Below, one piece after another: positions 12,301 to 26,676 of a stretch of DNA of 64,000 nt. The translations under genes and the position numbers were made by a program. The DNA is taken from positions 18,910,001-18,974,000 of the forward strand of contig OZ059894.1 of assembly GCA_964057225.1 (NCBI GenBank), read 5' to 3'. Within the stretch, counting starts at the first letter, position 1; every line of letters starts with the position of its first letter. The DNA is from Auanema rhodensis. Its lineage: Eukaryota > Animalia > Nematoda. The notes under the pieces were generated by a model, which had not been told where the DNA came from, did not search any database, and saw only the letters and a program-made list of their open reading frames with translations.

Positions 12301-15300
12301 ATATCAGTTGATATCTCGGTGCATTTTTAAGCTAGCGCAAATCTGATAACACAGATCGACGCAGCTTAAAAATCCGCATCGAATGCACTATACTACATTG
12401 AGAAACGCTTAATACAAAAATTAGTTATGATCGTTTGAAAAATGATGCATTAGTGTATGTTGAGTTTCCATGTACACTCAACATTGCTTCCAAAAACATT
12501 TTGACAAAAATTTTTTCGAAAAATTTCAAAATAATTTAGCGAAAAGTAGATGTTTTTAGATTCTTTTTTTCAAGGCAAAAACGATGGACAATGTTATTCA
12601 ACGAAAAATTTAATTCTTCAGGGTGAAAATCGAGGATATAAGTGTGAACTTATATCAGTTGATATCTCGGTGCATTTTTAAGCTAGCGCAAATCTGATAA
12701 CACAGATCGACGCAGCTTAAAAATCCGTATCGAATGCACTATACTACATTGAGAAACGCTTAATACAAAAATTAGTTATGATCGTTTGAAAAATGATGCA
12801 TTAGTGTATGTTGAGTTTCCATGTACACTCAACATTGCTTCCAAAAACATTTTGACAAAAATTTTTTCGAAAAATTTCAAAATAATTTAGCAAAAAGTAG
12901 ATGTTTTTAGATTCCTTTTTTCAAGGCAAAGACGATGGACAACGTTATTCAACGAAAAAACTAATTCTTCAGGGTGAAAATCGAGGATATAAGTGTGAAC
13001 TTATATCAGTTGATATCTCGGTGCATTTTTAAGCTAGCGCAAATCTGATAACACAGATCGACGCAGCTTAAAAATCCGCATCGAATGCACTATACTACAT
13101 TGAGAAACGCTTAAAACAAAAATTAGTTATGATCGTTTGAAAAATGATGCATTAGTGTATGTTGAGTTTCCATGTACACTCAACATTGCTTCCAAAAACA
13201 TTTTGACAAAAATTTTTTCGAAAAATTTCAAAATAATTTAGCAAAAAGGAGATGTTTTTAAATTCCTTTTTTCAAGGCAAAGACGATGGACAATGTTATT
13301 CAACGAAAAAACTAATTCTTCAGGGTGAATATCGAGGATATAAGTGTGAACTTATATCAGTTGATATCTCGGTGCATTTTTAAGCTAGCGCAAATCTGAT
13401 AACACAGATCGACGCAGCTTAAAAATCCGCATCGAATGCACTATACTACATTGAGAAACGCTTAATACAAAAATTAGTTATGATCGTTTAAAAAATGATG
13501 CATTAGTGTATGTTGAGTTTCCATGTACACTCAACATTGCTTCCAAAAACATTTTGACAAAAATTTTTTCGAAAAATTTCAAAATAATTTAGCAAAAAGT
13601 AGATGTTTTTAGATTCCTTTTTTCAAGGCAAAGACGATGGACAATGTTATTCAACGAAAAAAATAATTCTTCAGGGTGAAAATCGAGGATATAAGTGTGA
13701 ACTTATATCAGTTGATATCTCGGTGCATTTTTAAGCTAGCGCAAATCTGATAACACAGATCGACGCAGCTTAAAAATCCGCATCGAATGCACTATACTAC
13801 ATTGAAAAACGCTTAATACAAAAAGTAGTTATGATCGTTTGAAAAATGATGCATTAGTGTATGTTGAGTTTCCATGTACACTCAACATTGCTTCCAAAAA
13901 CATTTTGACAAAAATTTTTTCGAAAAATTTCAAAATAATTTAGCAAAAAGTAGATGTTTTTGGATTCCTTTTTTCAAGGCAAAGACGATGGACAATGTTA
14001 TTCAACGAAAAAAATAATTCTTCAGGGTGAAAATCGAGGATATAAGTGTGAACTTATATCAGTTGATATCTCGGTGCATTTTTAAGCTAGCGCAAATCTG
14101 ATAACACAGATCGACGCAGCTTAAAAATCCGCATCGAATGCACTATACTACATTGAGAAACGCTTAATACAAAAATTAGTTATGATCGTTTGAAAAATGA
14201 TGCATTAGTGTATGTTGAGTTTCCATGTACACTCAACATTGCTTCCAAAAACATTTTGACAAAAATTTTTTCGAAAAATTTCAAAATAATTTAGCAAAAA
14301 GTAGATGTTTTTGGATTCCTTTTTTCAAGGCAAAGACGATGGACAATGTTATTCAACGAAAAAAATAATTCTTCAGGGTGAAAATCGAGGATATAAGTGT
14401 GAACTTATATCAGTTGATATCTCGGTGCATTTTTAAGTTAGCGCAAATCTGATAACACAGATCGACGCAGCTTAAAAATCCGCATCGAATGCACTATACT
14501 ACATTGAGAAACGCTTAATACAAAAATTAGTTATGATCGTTTGAAAAATGATGCATTAGTGTATGTTGAGTTTCCATGTACACTCAACATTGCTTCCAAA
14601 AACATTTTGAGAAAAATTTTTTCGAAAAATTTCAGAATAATTTAGCGAAAAGTAGATGTTTTTAGATTCTTTTTCTCAAGGCAAAAACGATGGACAATGT
14701 TATTCAACGAAAAATTTAATTCTTCAGGGTGAAAATTGAGGATATAAGTGTGAACTTATATCAGTTGATATCTCGGTGCATTTTTAAGCTAGCGCAAATC
14801 TGTTAACACAGATCGACGCAGCTTAAAAATCCGCATCGAATGCACTATACTACATTGAGAAACGCTTAATACAAAAATTAGTTATGATCGTTTGAAAAAT
14901 GATGCATTAGTGTATGTTGAGTTTCCATGTACACTCAACATTGCTTCCAAAAACATTTTGACAAAAATTTTTTCGAAAAATTTCAGAATAATTTAGCGAA
15001 AAGTAGATGTTTTTAGATTCTTTTTCTCAAGGCAAAAACGATGGACAATGTTATTCAACGAAAAATTTAATTCTTCAGGGTGAAAATTGAGGATATAAGT
15101 GTGAACTTATATCAGTTGATATCTCGGTGCATTTTTAAGCTAGCGCAAATCTGTTAACACAGATCAACGCAGCTTAAAAATCCGCATCGAATGCACTATA
15201 CTACATTGAGAAACGCTTAATACAAAAATTAGTTATGATCGTTTGAAAAATGATGCATTAGTGTATGTTGAGTTTCCATGTACACTCAACATTGCTTCCA

Positions 15301-18300
15301 AAAACATTTTGACAAAAATTTTTTCGAAAAATTTCATAATAATTTAGCAAAAAGTAGATGTTTTTAGATTCCTTTTTTCAAGGCAAAGACGATGGACAAT
15401 GTTATTCAACGAAAAAATTAATTCTTCAGGGTGAAAATCGAGGATATAAGTGTGAACTTATATCAGTTGATATCTCGGTGCATTTTTAAGCTAGCGCAAA
15501 TCTGATAACACAGATCGACGCAGCTTAAAAATCCGCATCGAATGCACTATACTACATTGAGAAACGCTTAATACAAAAATTAGTTATGATCGTTTGAAAA
15601 ATGATGCATTAGTGTATGTTGAGTTTCCATGTACACTCAACATTGCTTCCAAAAACATTTTGAGAAAAATTTTTTCGAAAAATTTCAGAATAATTTAGCG
15701 AAAAGTAGATGTTTTTAGATTCTTTTTCTCAAGGCAAAAACGATGGACAATGTTATTCAACGAAAAATTTAATTCTTCAGGGTGAAAATTGAGGATATAA
15801 GTGTGAACTTATATCAGTTGATATCTCGGTGCATTTTTAAGCTAGCGCAAATCTGTTAACACAGATCGACGCAGCTTAAAAATCCGCATCGAATGCACTA
15901 TACTACATTGAGAAACGCTTAATACAAAAATTAGTTATGATCGTTTGAAAAATGATGCATTAGTGTATGTTGAGTTTCCATGTACACTCAACATTGCTTC
16001 CAAAAACATTTTGACAAAAATTTTTTCGAAAAATTTCAGAATAATTTAGCGAAAAGTAGATGTTTTTAGATTCTTTTTCTCAAGGCAAAAACGATGGACA
16101 ATGTTATTCAACGAAAAATTTAATTCTTCAGGGTGAAAATTGAGGATATAAGTGTGAACTTATATCAGTTGATATCTCGGTGCATTTTTAAGCTAGCGCA
16201 AATCTGTTAACACAGATCAACGCAGCTTAAAAATCCGCATCGAATGCACTATACTACATTGAGAAACGCTTAATACAAAAATTAGTTATGATCGTTTGAA
16301 AAATGATGCATTAGTGTATGTTGAGTTTCCATGTACACTCAACATTGCTTCCAAAAACATTTTGACAAAAATTTTTTCGAAAAATTTCATAATAATTTAG
16401 CAAAAAGTAGATGTTTTTAGATTCCTTTTTTCAAGGCAAAGACGATGGACAATGTTATTCAACGAAAAAATTAATTCTTCAGGGTGAAAATCGAGGATAT
16501 AAGTGTGAACTTATATCAGTTGATATCTCGGTGCATTTTTAAGCTAGCGCAAATCTGATAACACAGATCGACGCAGCTTAAAAATCCGCATCGAATGCAC
16601 TATACTACATTGAGAAACGCTTAATACAAAAATTAGTTATGATCGTTTGAAAAATGATGCATTAGTGTATGTTGAGTTTCCATGTACACTCAACATTGCT
16701 TCCAAAAACATTTTGACAAAAATTTTTTCGAAAAATTTCAAAATAATTTAGCAAAAAGTAGATGTTTTTAGATTCCTTTTTTCAAGGCAAAAACGATGGA
16801 CAATGTTATTCAACGAAAAAAATAATTCTTCAGGGTGAAAATCGAGGATATAAGTGTGAACTTATATCAGTTGATATCTCGGTGCATTTTTAAGCTAGCG
16901 CAAATCTGATAACACAGATCGACGCAGCTTAAAAATCCGCATCGAATGCACTATACTACATTGAGAAACGCTTAATACAAAAATTAGTTATGATCGTTTG
17001 AAAAATGATGCATTAGTGTATGTTGAGTTTCCATGTACACTCAACATTGCTTCCAAAAACATTTTGACAAAAATTTTTTCGAAAAATTTCAAAATAATTT
17101 AGCAAAAAGTAGATGTTTTTAGATTCCTTTTTTCAAGGCAAAGACGATGGACAATGTTATTCAACGAAAAAAATAATTCTTCAGGGTGAAAATCGAGGAT
17201 ATAAGTGTGAACTTATATCAGTTGATATCTCGGTGCATTTTTAAGCTAGCGCAAATCTGATAACACAGATCGACGCAGCTTAAAAATCCGCATCGAATGC
17301 ACTATACTACATTGAGAAACGCTTAATACAAAAATTAGTTATGATCGTTTGAAAAATGATGCATTAGTGTATGTTGAGTTTCCATGTACACTCAACATTG
17401 CTTCCAAAAACATTTTGACAAAAATTTTTTCGAAAAATTTCAAAATAATTTAGCGAAAAGTAGATGTTTTTAGATTCTTTTTTTCAAGGCAAAAACGATG
17501 GACAATGTTATTCAACGAAAAATTTAATTCTTCAGGGTGAAAATCGAGGATATAAGTGTGAACTTATATCAGTTGATATCTCGGTGCATTTTTAAGCTAG
17601 CGCAAATCTGATAACACAGATCGACGCAGCTTAAAAATCCGTATCGAATGCACTATACTACATTGAGAAACGCTTAATACAAAAATTAGTTATGATCGTT
17701 TGAAAAATGATGCATTAGTGTATGTTGAGTTTCCATGTACACTCAACATTGCTTCCAAAAACATTTTGACAAAAATTTTTTCGAAAAATTTCAAAATAAT
17801 TTAGCAAAAAGTAGATGTTTTTAGATTCCTTTTTTCAAGGCAAAGACGATGGACAACGTTATTCAACGAAAAAACTAATTCTTCAGGGTGAAAATCGAGG
17901 ATATAAGTGTGAACTTATATCAGTTGATATCTCGGTGCATTTTTAAGCTAGCGCAAATCTGATAACACAGATCGACGCAGCTTAAAAATCCGCATCGAAT
18001 GCACTATACTACATTGAGAAACGCTTAAAACAAAAATTAGTTATGATCGTTTGAAAAATGATGCATTAGTGTATGTTGAGTTTCCATGTACACTCAACAT
18101 TGCTTCCAAAAACATTTTGACAAAAATTTTTTCGAAAAATTTCAAAATAATTTAGCAAAAAGGAGATGTTTTTAAATTCCTTTTTTCAAGGCAAAGACGA
18201 TGGACAATGTTATTCAACGAAAAAACTAATTCTTCAGGGTGAATATCGAGGATATAAGTGTGAACTTATATCAGTTGATATCTCGGTGCATTTTTAAGCT

Positions 18301-18954
18301 AGCGCAAATCTGATAACACAGATCGACGCAGCTTAAAAATCCGCATCGAATGCACTATACTACATTGAGAAACGCTTATTACAAAAATTAGTTATGATCG
18401 TTTGAAAAATGATGCATTAGTGTATGTTGAGTTTCCATGTACACTCAACATTGCTTCCAAAAACATTTTGACAAAAATTTTTTCGAAAATTTTCAAAATA
18501 ATTTAGCAAAAAGTAGATGTTTTTAGATTCCTTTTTTCAAGGCAAAGACGATGGACAATGTTATTCAACGAAAAAATTAATTCTTCAGGGTGAATATCGA
18601 GGATATAAGTGTGAACTTATATCAGTTGATATCTCGGTGCATTTTTAAGCTAGCGCAAATCTGATAACACAGATCGACGCAGCTTAAAAATCCGCATCGA
18701 ATGCACTATACTACATTGAGAAACGCTTAATACAAAAATTAGTTATGATCGTTTGAAAAATGATGCATTAGTGTATGTTGAGTTTCCATGTACACTCAAC
18801 ATTGCTTCCAAAAACATTTTGACAAAAATTTTTTCGAAAAATTTCAAAATAATTTAGCAAAAAGTAGATGTTTTTAGATTCCTTTTTTCAAGGCAAAGAC
18901 GATGGACAATGTTATTCAACGAAAAAAATTATTCTTCAGGGTGAAAATCGAGGA

Positions 18955-21900
18955 TATAAGTGTGAACTTATATCAGTTGATATCTCGGTGCATTTTTAAG
19001 CTAGCGCAAATCTGATAACACAGATCGACGCAGCTTAAAAATCCGCATCGAATGCACTATACTACATTGAGAAACGCTTATTACAAAAATTAGTTATGAT
19101 CGTTTGAAAAATGATGCATTAGTGTATGTTGAGTTTCCATGTACACTCAACATTGCTTCCAAAAACATTTTGACAAAAATTTTTTCGAAAATTTTCAAAA
19201 TAATTTAGCAAAAAGTAGATGTTTTTAGATTCCTTTTTTCAAGGCAAAGACGATGGACAATGTTATTCAACGAAAAAATTAATTCTTCAGGGTGAATATC
19301 GAGGATATAAGTGTGAACTTATATCAGTTGATATCTCGGTGCATTTTTAAGCTAGCGCAAATCTGATAACACAGATCGACGCAGCTTAAAAATCCGCATC
19401 GAATGCACTATACTACATTGAGAAACGCTTAATACAAAAATTAGTTATGATCGTTTGAAAAATGATGCATTAGTGTATGTTGAGTTTCCATGTACACTCA
19501 ACATTGCTTCCAAAAACATTTTGACAAAAATTTTTTCGAAAAATTTCAAAATAATTTAGCAAAAAGTAGATGTTTTTAGATTCCTTTTTTCAAGGCAAAG
19601 ACGATGGACAATGTTATTCAACGAAAAAAATAATTCTTCAGGGTGAAAATCGAGGATATAAGTGTGAACTTATATCAGTTGATATCTCGGTGCATTTTTA
19701 AGCTAGCGCAAATCTGATAACACAGATCGACGCAGCTTAAAAATCCGCATCGAATGCACTATACTACATTGAGAAACGCTTAATACAAAAATTAGTTATG
19801 ATCGTTTGAAAAATGATGCATTAGTGTATGTTGAGTTTCCATGTACACTCAACATTGCTTCCAAAAACATTTTGACAAAAATTTTTTCGAAAAATTTCAA
19901 AATAATTTAGCAAAAAGTAGATGTTTTTAGATTCCTTTTTTCAAGGCAAAGACGATGGACAATGTTATTCAACGAAAAAAATAATTCTTCAGGGTGAAAA
20001 TCGAGGATATAAGTGTGAACTTATATCAGTTGATATCTCGGTGCATTTTTAAGTTAGCGCAAATCTGATAACACAGATCGACGCAGCTTAAAAATCCGCA
20101 TCGAATGCACTATACTACATTGAGAAACGCTTAATACAAAAATTAGTTATGATCGTTTGAAAAATGATGCATTAGTGTATGTTGAGTTTCCATGTACACT
20201 CAACATTGCTTCCAAAAACATTTTGACAAAAATTTTTTCGAAAAATTTCAAAATAATTTAGCGAAAAGTAGATGTTTTTAGATTCTTTTTTTCAAGGCAA
20301 AAACGATGGACAATGTTATTCAACGAAAAATTTAATTCTTCAGGGTGAAAATTGAGGATATAAGTGTGAACTTATATCAGTTGATATCTCGGTGCATTTT
20401 TAAGCTAGCGCAAATCTGATAACACAGATCGACGCAGCTTAAAAATCCGCATCGAATGCACTATACTACATTGAGAAACGCTTAATACAAAAATTAGTTA
20501 TGATCGTTTGAAAAATGATGCATTAGTGTATGTTGAGTTTCCATGTACACTCAACATTGCTTCCAAAAACATTTTGACAAAAATTTTTTCGAAAAATTTC
20601 AAAATAATTTAGCAAAAAGTAGATGTTTTTAGATTCCTTTTTTCAAGGCAAAGACGATGGACAATGTTATTCAACGAAAAAAATAATTCTTCAGGGTGAA
20701 AATCGAGGATATAAGTGTGAACTTATATCAGTTGATATCTCGGTGCATTTTTAAGTTAGCGCAAATCTGATAACACAGATCGACGCAGCTTAAAAATCCG
20801 CATCGAATGCACTATACTACATTGAGAAACGCTTAATACAAAAATTAGTTATGATCGTTTGAAAAATGATGCATTAGTGTATGTTGAGTTTCCATGTACA
20901 CTCAACATTGCTTCCAAAAACATTTTGACAAAAATTTTTTCGAAAAATTTCAAAATAATTTAGCGGAAAGTAGATGTTTTTAGATTCTTTTTTTCAAGGC
21001 AAAGACGATGGACAATGTTATTCAACGAAAAAAATAATTCTTCAGGGTGAAAATCGAGGATATAAGTGTGAACTTATATCAGTTGATATCTCGGTGCATT
21101 TTTAAGCTAGCGCAAATCTGATAACACAGATCGACGCAGCTTAAAAATCCGCATCGAATGCACTATACTACATTGAGAAACGCTTAAAACAAAAATTAGT
21201 TATGATCGTTTGAAAAATGATGCATTAGTGTATGTTGAGTTTCCATGTACACTCAACATTGCTTCCAAAAACATTTTGACAAAAATTTTTTCGAAAAATT
21301 TCAAAATAATTTAGCAAAAACTAGATGTTTTTAGATTCCTTTTTTCAAGGCAAAGACGATGGACAATGTTATTCAACGAAAAAAATAATTCTTCAGGGTG
21401 AAAATCGAGGATATAAGTGTGAACTTATATCAGTTGATATCTCGGTGCATTTTTAAGTTAGCGCAAATCTGATAACACAGATCGACGCAGCTTAAAAATC
21501 CGCATCGAATGCACTATACTACATTGAGAAACGCTTAATACAAAAATTAGTTATGATCGTTTGAAAAATGATGCATTAGTGTATGTTGAGTTTCCATGTA
21601 CACTCAACATTGCTTCCAAAAACATTTTGACAAAAATTTTTTCGAAAAATTTCAAAATAATTTAGCAAAAAGTAGATGTTTTTAGATTCCTTTTTTCAAG
21701 GCAAAGACGATGGACAATGTTATTCAACGAAAAAAATAATTCTTCAGGGTGAAAATCGAGGATATAAGTGTGAACTTATATCAGTTGATATCTCGGTGCA
21801 TTTTTAAGCTAGCGCAAATCTGATAACACAGATCGACGCAGCTTAAAAATACGCATCGAATGCACTATACTACATTGAGAAACGCTTATTACAAAAATTA

Positions 21901-23868
21901 GTTATGATCGTTTGAAAAATGATGCATTAGTGTATGTTGAGTTTCCATGTACACTCAACATTGCTTCCAAAAACATTTTGACAAAAATTTTTTCGAAAAT
22001 TTTCAAAATAATTTAGCAAAAAGTAGATGTTTTTAGATTCCTTTTTTCAAGGCAAAGACGATGGACAATGTTATTCAACGAAAAAATTAATTCTTCAGGG
22101 TGAATATCGAGGATATAAGTGTGAACTTATATCAGTTGATATCTCGGTGCATTTTTAAGCTAGCGCAAATCTGATAACACAGATCGACGCAGCTTAAAAA
22201 TCCGCATCGAATGCACTATACTACATTGAGAAACGCTTAATACAAAAATTAGTTATGATCGTTTGAAAAATGATGCATTAGTGTATGTTGAGTTTCCATG
22301 TACACTCAACATTGCTTCCAAAAACATTTTGACAAAAATTTTTTCGAAAAATTTCAAAATAATTTAGCAAAAAGTAGATGTTTTTAGATTCCTTTTTTCA
22401 AGGCAAAGACGATGGACAATGTTATTCAACGAAAAAAATAATTCTTCAGGGTGAAAATCGAGGATATAAGTGTGAACTTATATCAGTTGATATCTCGGTG
22501 CATTTTTAAGCTAGCGCAAATCTGATAACACAGATCGACGCAGCTTAAAAATCCGCATCGAATGCACTATACTACATTGAGAAACGCTTAATACAAAAAT
22601 TAGTTATGATCGTTTGAAAAATGATGCATTAGTGTATGTTGAGTTTCCATGTACACTCAACATTGCTTCCAAAAACATTTTGACAAAAATTTTTTCGAAA
22701 AATTTCAAAATAATTTAGCAAAAAGTAGATGTTTTTAGATTCCTTTTTTCAAGGCAAAGACGATGGACAATGTTATTCAACGAAAAAAATAATTCTTCAG
22801 GGTGAAAATCGAGGATATAAGTGTGAACTTATATCAGTTGATATCTCGGTGCATTTTTAAGTTAGCGCAAATCTGATAACACAGATCGACGCAGCTTAAA
22901 AATCCGCATCGAATGCACTATACTACATTGAGAAACGCTTAATACAAAAATTAGTTATGATCGTTTGAAAAATGATGCATTAGTGTATGTTGAGTTTCCA
23001 TGTACACTCAACATTGCTTCCAAAAACATTTTGACAAAAATTTTTTCGAAAAATTTCAAAATAATTTAGCGAAAAGTAGATGTTTTTAGATTCTTTTTTT
23101 CAAGGCAAAAACGATGGACAATGTTATTCAACGAAAAATTTAATTCTTCAGGGTGAAAATTGAGGATATAAGTGTGAACTTATATCAGTTGATATCTCGG
23201 TGCATTTTTAAGCTAGCGCAAATCTGATAACACAGATCGACGCAGCTTAAAAATCCGCATCGAATGCACTATACTACATTGAGAAACGCTTAATACAAAA
23301 ATTAGTTATGATCGTTTGAAAAATGATGCATTAGTGTATGTTGAGTTTCCATGTACACTCAACATTGCTTCCAAAAACATTTTGACAAAAATTTTTTCGA
23401 AAAATTTCAAAATAATTTAGCAAAAAGTAGATGTTTTTAGATTCCTTTTTTCAAGGCAAAGACGATGGACAATGTTATTCAACGAAAAAAATAATTCTTC
23501 AGGGTGAAAATCGAGGATATAAGTGTGAACTTATATCAGTTGATATCTCGGTGCATTTTTAAGTTAGCGCAAATCTGATAACACAGATCGACGCAGCTTA
23601 AAAATCCGCATCGAATGCACTATACTACATTGAGAAACGCTTAATACAAAAATTAGTTATGATCGTTTGAAAAATGATGTATTAGTGTATGTTGAGTTTC
23701 CATGTACACTCAACATTGCTTCCAAAAACATTTTGACAAAAATTTTTTCGAAAAATTTCAAAATAATTTAGCGGAAAGTAGATGTTTTTAGATTCTTTTT
23801 TTCAAGGCAAAGACGATGGACAATGTTATTCAACGAAAAAAATAATTCTTCAGGGTGAAAATCGAGGA
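18955..23868 (+). repeat. Six-monomer block repeated at an 8-monomer (2808-bp) offset
   Basis: Marker order in 18955-21060 (CTTATTAC monomer, AAGTTAG+GCGAAAA monomer, rare GCGGAAAG monomer) recurs in 21763-23868. Confidence 0.8.
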
Positions 23869-24570
23869 TATAAGTGTGAACTTATATCAGTTGATATCTC
23901 GGTGCATTTTTAAGCTAGCGCAAATCTGATAACACAGATCGACGCAGCTTAAAAATCCGTATCGAATGCACTATACTACATTGAGAAACGCTTAATACAA
24001 AAATTAGTTATGATCGTTTGAAAAATGATGCATTAGTGTATGTTGAGTTTCCATGTACACTCAACATTGCTTCCAAAAACATTTTGACAAAAATTTTTTC
24101 GAAAAATTTCAAGATAATTTAGCAAAAAGTAGACGTTTTTAGATTCCTTTTTTCAAGGCAAAGACGATGGACAACGTTATTCAACGAAAAAATTAATTCT
24201 TCAGGGTGAAAATCGAGGATATAAGTGTGAACTTATATCAGTTGATATCTCGGTGCATTTTTAAGCTAGCGCAAATCTGATAACACAGATCGACGCAGCT
24301 TAAAAATCCGCATCGAATGCACTATACTACATTGAGAAACGCTTAATACAAAAATTAGTTATGATCGTTTGAAAAATGATGCATTAGTGTATGTTGAGTT
24401 TCCATGTACACTCAACATTGCTTCCAAAAACATTTTGACAAAAATTTTTTCGAAAAATTTCAAAATAATTTAGCAAAAAGTAGATGTTTTTAGATTCCTT
24501 TTTTCAAAGCAAAGACGATGGACAATGTTATTCAACGAAAAAAATAATTCTTCAGGGTGAAAATCGAGGA

Positions 24571-26676
24571 TATAAGTGTGAACTTATATCAGTTGATATC
24601 TCGGTGCATTTTTAAGCTAGCGCAAATCTGATAACACAGATCGACGCAGCTTAAAAATCCGCATCGAATGCACTATACTACATTAAGAAACGCTTAATAC
24701 AAAAACTAGTTATGATCGTTTGAAAAATGATGCATTAGTGTATGTTGAGTTTCCATGTACACTCAACATTGCTTCCAAAAACATTTTGACAAAAATTTTT
24801 TCGAAAAATTTCAAAATAATTTAGCGAAAAGTAGATGTTTTTAGATTCTTTTTTTCAAGGCAAAAACGATGGACAATGTTATTCAACGAAAAATTTAATT
24901 CTTCAGGGTGAAAATTGAGGATATAAGTGTGAACTTATATCAGTTGATATCTCGGTGCATTTTTAAGCTAGCGCAAATCTGTTAACACAGATCAACGCAG
25001 CTTAAAAATCCGCATCGAATGCACTATACTACATTGAGAAACGCTTAATACAAAAATTAGTTATGATCGTTTGAAAAATGATGCATTAGTGTATGTTGAG
25101 TTTCCATGTACACTCAACATTGCTTCCAAAAACATTTTGACAAAAATTTTTTCGAAAATTTTCAGAATAATTTAGCAAAAAGTAGATGTTTTTAGATTCC
25201 TTTTTTCAAGGCAAAGACGATGGACAATGTTATTCAACGAAAAAATTAATTCTTCAGGGTGAATATCGAGGATATAAGTGTGAACTTATATCAGTTGATA
25301 TCTCGGTGCATTTTTAAGCTAGCGCAAATCTGATAACACAGATCGACGCAGCTTAAAAATCCGCATCGAATGCACTATACTACATTGAGAAACGCTTAAT
25401 ACAAAAATTAGTTATGATCCTTTGAAAAATGATGCATTAGTGTATGTTGAGTTTCCATGTACACTCAACATTGCTTCCAAAAACATTTTGACAAAAATTT
25501 TTTCGAAAAATTTCAAGATAATTTAGCAAAAAGTAGATGTTTTTAGATTCCTTATTTTAAGGCAAAGACGATGGACAATGTTATTCAACGAAAAAATTAA
25601 TTCTTCAGGGTGAATATCGAGGATATAAGTGTGAACTTATATCAGTTGATATCTCGGTGCATTTTTAAGCTAGCGCAAATCTGATAACACAGATCGACGC
25701 AGCTTAAAAATCCGCATCGAATGCACTATACTACATTAAGAAACGCTTAATACAAAAACTAGTTATGATCGTTTGAAAAATGATGCATTAGTGTATGTTG
25801 AGTTTCCATGTACACTCAACATTGCTTCCAAAAACATTTTGACAAAAATTTTTTCGAAAAATTTCAAAATAATTTAGCGAAAAGTAGATGTTTTTAGATT
25901 CTTTTTTTCAAGGCAAAAACGATGGACAATGTTATTCAACGAAAAATTTAATTCTTCAGGGTGAAAATTGAGGATATAAGTGTGAACTTATATCAGTTGA
26001 TATCTCGGTGCATTTTTAAGCTAGCGCAAATCTGTTAACACAGATCAACGCAGCTTAAAAATCCGCATCGAATGCACTATACTACATTGAGAAACGCTTA
26101 ATACAAAAATTAGTTATGATCGTTTGAAAAATGATGCATTAGTGTATGTTGAGTTTCCATGTACACTCAACATTGCTTCCAAAAACATTTTGACAAAAAT
26201 TTTTTCGAAAATTTTCAGAATAATTTAGCAAAAAGTAGATGTTTTTAGATTCCTTTTTTCAAGGCAAAGACGATGGACAATGTTATTCAACGAAAAAATT
26301 AATTCTTCAGGGTGAATATCGAGGATATAAGTGTGAACTTATATCAGTTGATATCTCGGTGCATTTTTAAGCTAGCGCAAATCTGATAACACAGATCGAC
26401 GCAGCTTAAAAATCCGCATCGAATGCACTATACTACATTGAGAAACGCTTAATACAAAAATTAGTTATGATCCTTTGAAAAATGATGCATTAGTGTATGT
26501 TGAGTTTCCATGTACACTCAACATTGCTTCCAAAAACATTTTGACAAAAATTTTTTCGAAAAATTTCAAGATAATTTAGCAAAAAGTAGATGTTTTTAGA
26601 TTCCTTATTTTAAGGCAAAGACGATGGACAATGTTATTCAACGAAAAAATTAATTCTTCAGGGTGAATATCGAGGA
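24571..26676 (+). repeat. Tandem 3-mer (1053-bp) higher-order duplication
   Basis: 24571-25623 and 25624-26676 share ordered markers CATTAAG+AAAACTAG, GTTAAC+TCAAC+TTTTCAG, and GATCCTT+CAAGAT+CCTTATTTTAAGG. Confidence 0.88.
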
